Positions 24,641 to 30,728 of a DNA stretch of 30,728 bases are shown one piece after another; positions within the stretch are counted from its first letter, which is position 1; each line of letters begins with the position of its first letter. The notes beneath the pieces are model-generated. The model had not been told where the DNA came from and made no database searches. It was given only the letters and a program-made list of their open reading frames with translations. This stretch comes from a bacterium. Lineage in GTDB: Bacteria; Zhuqueibacterota; Zhuqueibacteria; Zhuqueibacterales; Zhuqueibacteraceae. A program made the position numbers and the translations under genes. The stretch spans positions 1-30,728 of the forward strand of contig JBIOXB010000017.1 in NCBI GenBank assembly GCA_044869275.1, in the 5' to 3' direction.

Positions 24641-27085
24641 TCACTCTTCCTGGCCTACTTCTTCTTCTGCCACGACGCGGGCCACAGCCGCGATGCGATC
24701 GCCTGTGCTGAGCTTGATTAAGCGCACGCCCGAAGTGTTGCGGCTGATCACTTTGATGTCCTTCACCTGCTGGCGAATCACCACGCCTTTGGCGGTGATG
24801 ATCATAAGGTCGTCTTCATCAACCACTTCTTTGATCGACACCATCCGGCCGATTTTGTCCGTCACCTTCAGCGTGATCAAGCCCGAGCCGCCGCGATGCT
24901 GCACCTTGTAGTCTTTCGATTCGCTGCGCTTGCCGTAGCCGTGCTCGCTCACGACCAGAATGGTGCCCTCGCGCCGGAGCTCGATCATGCCCACGACGTA
25001 GTCGCCTTTTTCCAGATCGATACCGCGCACGCCGCCGGCGCCACGGCCCATTTCGCGCACTTCGTTTTCGTGGAAGCGAATCGCTTTGCCGCTGTGCGTG
25101 CCCAACATCAAATCCATGCTGCCGTCCGTCACCATCGCCGCGATCAATTCATCGTCTTTGTCGATGCCGATGGCGGCGATGCCCGCTTTCCTGGGATTGG
25201 AAAACGCATTGAGCGCGGTCTTCTTCACCAATCCTTTGCGGGTCGCGAAAGCGAGGTACTGATTTTCGGAAAACTCCTTCACTGCCACGAACGCCGCGAT
25301 TTTTTCCTCTTTTGCGAGCGACAACAAGTTCACGATCGCGCGGCCTTTGGCATCCTTGGCGGCAGCGGGAATGTCATACACTTTCAGCCAGTAGCACTGC
25401 CCGCGATCGGTAAAGAACAACACGTAGTGGTGCGTCGAGGCAATAAACAGATGCTCGACCCAATCCTGCTCGCTGGTGCGCGCGCCGGTCACGCCGCGCC
25501 CGCCGCGCCCCTGGCGGCGATAGCGTGACACGGGAAAACGCTTAATGAAACCGCCGTGCGAAATCGTAATCACCACTTCCTCGTCGGCGATCATGTCCTC
25601 CATGGTGAATTCGGTTTTCTCGCTGATGATCTCCGTGCGCCGCTCGTCGCCGTACTTCTGCTTCAACTCCAGCAATTCCTTGGCGATGATTTGCATGCGC
25701 TTGCCTTTGTCCGCCAGCAAAGCCTTGAGCTCCTTGATGAGCTTCTGCACTTCGCGATATTCCGCTTCAATCTTTTCTCGTTCGAGACCGGTGAGGCGCT
25801 GCAAACGCATCTCCAAAATCGCTTGCGATTGCACCTCGCTCAGCTTGAAGCGTTTCATCAAAGCTTCTTTGGCGGTGGCGGGGTCCTTCGATTTTTTGAT
25901 GAGCGCGACGATTTCATCGATATTGTTGATGCAAATGCGCAAGCCTTCGAGAATGTGTGCGCGCTTTTCCGCTTTATCCAGCTCGAACTTGGTGCGGCGT
26001 ACGACGATCTCGTGGCGGAAATTGATGAAGTACTGCAAGATCTGCTTGAGATTGAGCACCATCGGCACGCCGTCCACCAGCGCCAACATGATGGTGCCGA
26101 ACGTGATTTGCATCTGCGTGTGCTTGAACAAATTGTTCAACACGATTTCAGGCACGGCGTCGCCCTTAAGCTCTATCACCAGCCGCATGCCGTCGCGGTC
26201 GCTTTCGTCACGCGTATCGCGCACGCTTTCGATTTTTTTGTCGCGAATCAACTCGTCGATCTTTGTGTGCAGCGCGGCCTTGTTCACTTGATAAGGCAAT
26301 TCGGTGATGATGATGTTTTGCCGGCCGCCGCGCACTTCCTCCAGCACCGTGCGCGCGCGCACCACAATGCGGCCGCGGCCAGTGCGATAGGCTTCGTCTA
26401 TGCCTTCGGTCCCGTAAATGATGCCTGCCGTCGGAAAGTCCGGGCCTTTGACTAGCTTCATCAGTTTTTCGATCTTGAGGTCGGGATCATTGATCATTGC
26501 CACCAGCGCCTCGACGATTTCACCGAGATTATGCGGTGGAATATTCGTGGCCATGCCGACGGCAATACCGGAAGCGCCATTTACCAGCAGATTCGGCAGC
26601 ACGGTCGGCAATACCGAGGGTTCCTTGAGCGTGTCGTCAAAATTGGCGGTCCAGCTGACCGTGTCTTTTTCCAGATCGCGCAAGACTTCTTCGGTAATGG
26701 GCGCCATGCGCACTTCAGTATAACGCATGGCCGCGGGCGAATCGCCATCGACTGAACCAAAGTTGCCCTGGCCATCGACGAGCGGATAGCGCAGCGAAAA
26801 ATCCTGGGCCATGCGCACAATGGTGTCATACACGGACATGTCACCGTGCGGGTGGTATTTGCCCAGTACTTCGCCGACGAGACGCGCAGACTTTTTATAG
26901 GCGAAATTGGCGCGCAGGTTCAGCTCGTGCATGCCGTACAGCACGCGCCGGTGCACGGGTTTCATGCCGTCGCGCACGTCGGGCAGCGCGCGCGCGACGA
27001 TGACCGACATGGAATAATCAAGGTAAGACTCCTTGATTTCTTCTTCCAGATAGACCGGGATGATGCGATCGCGTTTGGTGTCCAT
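24641..27085 (-). CDS. gyrA: DNA gyrase subunit A
   Basis: [28 protein letters not shown] (catalytic Tyr), GyrA-box QGRGGRG, C-terminal pinwheel repeats. Confidence 0.98.
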   Translation of the reverse strand: MDTKRDRIIPVYLEEEIKESYLDYSMSVIVARALPDVRDGMKPVHRRVLYGMHELNLRANFAYKKSARLVGEVLGKYHPHGDMSVYDTIVRMAQDFSLRYPLVDGQGNFGSVDGDSPAAMRYTEVRMAPITEEVLRDLEKDTVSWTANFDDTLKEPSVLPTVLPNLLVNGASGIAVGMATNIPPHNLGEIVEALVAMINDPDLKIEKLMKLVKGPDFPTAGIIYGTEGIDEAYRTGRGRIVVRARTVLEEVRGGRQNIIITELPYQVNKAALHTKIDELIRDKKIESVRDTRDESDRDGMRLVIELKGDAVPEIVLNNLFKHTQMQITFGTIMLALVDGVPMVLNLKQILQYFINFRHEIVVRRTKFELDKAEKRAHILEGLRICINNIDEIVALIKKSKDPATAKEALMKRFKLSEVQSQAILEMRLQRLTGLEREKIEAEYREVQKLIKELKALLADKGKRMQIIAKELLELKQKYGDERRTEIISEKTEFTMEDMIADEEVVITISHGGFIKRFPVSRYRRQGRGGRGVTGARTSEQDWVEHLFIASTHHYVLFFTDRGQCYWLKVYDIPAAAKDAKGRAIVNLLSLAKEEKIAAFVAVKEFSENQYLAFATRKGLVKKTALNAFSNPRKAGIAAIGIDKDDELIAAMVTDGSMDLMLGTHSGKAIRFHENEVREMGRGAGGVRGIDLEKGDYVVGMIELRREGTILVVSEHGYGKRSESKDYKVQHRGGSGLITLKVTDKIGRMVSIKEVVDEDDLMIITAKGVVIRQQVKDIKVISRNTSGVRLIKLSTGDRIAAVARVVAEEEVGQEE

Positions 27086-27136
27086 ATTCTTTCACTTTAG
27101 ATTGATCAAAATGCTTTGCACATTTACCCCGCCTGA

Positions 27137-27210
27137 TCATTCCGCAGGAATCTTTTTAGTCTACCGAGCAGCCGCTGGTAACGATGCTTAAAAAGATTCT
27201 TTCAGAATGA
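27137..27210. repeat. REP-like intergenic inverted repeat between gyrB and gyrA
   Basis: TCATTCCGCAGGAATCTTTTTA (27137-27158) / TAAAAAGATTCTTTCAGAATGA (27189-27210), 19/22 matches. Confidence 0.75.
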
Positions 27211-27241
27211 CGGCGCGCGGGGGTGCAGACGGCACAATGCA

Positions 27242-29672
<2,431 letters not shown>

Positions 29673-29684
29673 ATTCTGGTGGCT

Positions 29685-30728
29685 TCAATGAACGCGCCGA
29701 ACCTCGCCGCGCGCAATTTCAAAATGATACCCTGGCTGCACGAGTTGATTGATGCTCATCACCGAGGTGATGAACAGCTGGCCTCGCCCGGCAAAACAAT
29801 CAATGGCATGTTCCAAGCGATCGGCGTCCAATTCCGAGGGCAAATCATCGATCAAAATCATCGGCGCCGTGCCGGCTTTGTTCTTCAAATACTCCGCTTC
29901 GGCCCATTTTAAGGCCATCAGCGCGGTTTTTTGCTCCCCGCGCGAACCGAACTGTCGCAAGTCCTTGCCGTCGACGGCAAACTCGAAATCATCCAAATGC
30001 GGACCGATCAAAGTTCTTTTGCGCCGTTCTTCCTGCGCGCGTGATTCCTGCAACAACTGCAGGAATCGTTCGGGCGTCGCGGGCGTGGAGGCGAATCGCG
30101 TGCGATAAAAAATCTGGAAGGGAGTAGGTGAGCCGGCAATTCGAGTGTAGGCTTGGTGCAGGAATTGAGCGAAATCATCGATCAATTGAAACCGTGCGGC
30201 CACGACGCGGCAGCCGAACACCGCCAGCGCCTGGCTCCACGCGGCGTAATCCTTGGTCGCGGGCGCCGTCGACGCCAGCAACGCATTCCGCTGCCGCAAA
30301 ACCCGATTGTATTCCACCACATCCGCCAAATACGCTGGCGCACTTTGACACAAGAGCATGTCCACGAAACGCCGTCTCTCCGCCGGCGGGCCGCTGGTGA
30401 TCTTGTGGCTTTCCGGCGAAAACAGCACCGCCGGAAATTTACCCACCCATTGCATGCCGGACAACCGTTTGCGATCTAAAATGATTTGCTTGCCTTCACG
30501 AGCATCGCTGCACACTGTGGCGAGATGCCTGACGCCGAGCTCGTTGATGAATTCTCCCGTGATCTCGTATCCCTCGCCTTCCCAGCGCATCAGATCTTTG
30601 TCGTTACCGGAACGGAAGCTGCGCGTCACAGCTAACGTATGCATCGCCTCCAGCAAATTGCTTTTGCCCTGCCCATTTTTGCCGGCGAAAAAATTGCTGT
30701 GTTCGGAAAAATCCAGATCCTGCTTGGC
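29685..30728 (-). CDS. recF: DNA replication/repair protein RecF (N-terminus beyond the right edge)
   Basis: Frame open to the window end; Walker A GKNGQGKSN (about 30657-30683), PAERRRFVD, GPHLDD, SRGEQK, ILIDD. Confidence 0.96.
   Translation of the reverse strand, partial: AKQDLDFSEHSNFFAGKNGQGKSNLLEAMHTLAVTRSFRSGNDKDLMRWEGEGYEITGEFINELGVRHLATVCSDAREGKQIILDRKRLSGMQWVGKFPAVLFSPESHKITSGPPAERRRFVDMLLCQSAPAYLADVVEYNRVLRQRNALLASTAPATKDYAAWSQALAVFGCRVVAARFQLIDDFAQFLHQAYTRIAGSPTPFQIFYRTRFASTPATPERFLQLLQESRAQEERRKRTLIGPHLDDFEFAVDGKDLRQFGSRGEQKTALMALKWAEAEYLKNKAGTAPMILIDDLPSELDADRLEHAIDCFAGRGQLFITSVMSINQLVQPGYHFEIARGEVRRVH

Overview
Bacterial chromosomal window next to the replication-gene cluster. 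The right end carries recF(partial)-dciA-gyrB-gyrA on the minus strand, so dnaN/dnaA/oriC probably lie just beyond it. A SusC/SusD pair, a Bacteroidota/eukaryote-type CarB and an FCB-type hypothetical protein suggest an FCB-group organism such as KSB1/Calditrichota (inference only). Left to right: the 3' end of an ISL3 element that interrupts a small antitoxin-like gene; an archaeal-type ATP-dependent DNA ligase; a HEPN + degenerate MNT-like pair; carB without carA; a small membrane protein; a tricorn protease; a decayed ~1.1 kb patch (YciI remnant, an apparently internally deleted secreted protein, REP-like doublets, a 120-bp MITE); susC-susD-GH18; a three-subunit xanthine dehydrogenase-family operon; two envelope-stress-type genes behind an ECF promoter; a conserved hypothetical; and the gyrase/recF cluster. 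The most interesting signal is the 490-bp non-coding interval 20714-21205. It holds (i) a highly structured 5' leader on the xanthine dehydrogenase operon with an overlapping terminator-like element, a candidate riboswitch that I cannot match to a known class, and (ii) a candidate sigma54-driven plus-strand sRNA with an exposed anti-Shine-Dalgarno segment. All calls come from motif recognition and manual base-pairing. No searches or folding programs were run.
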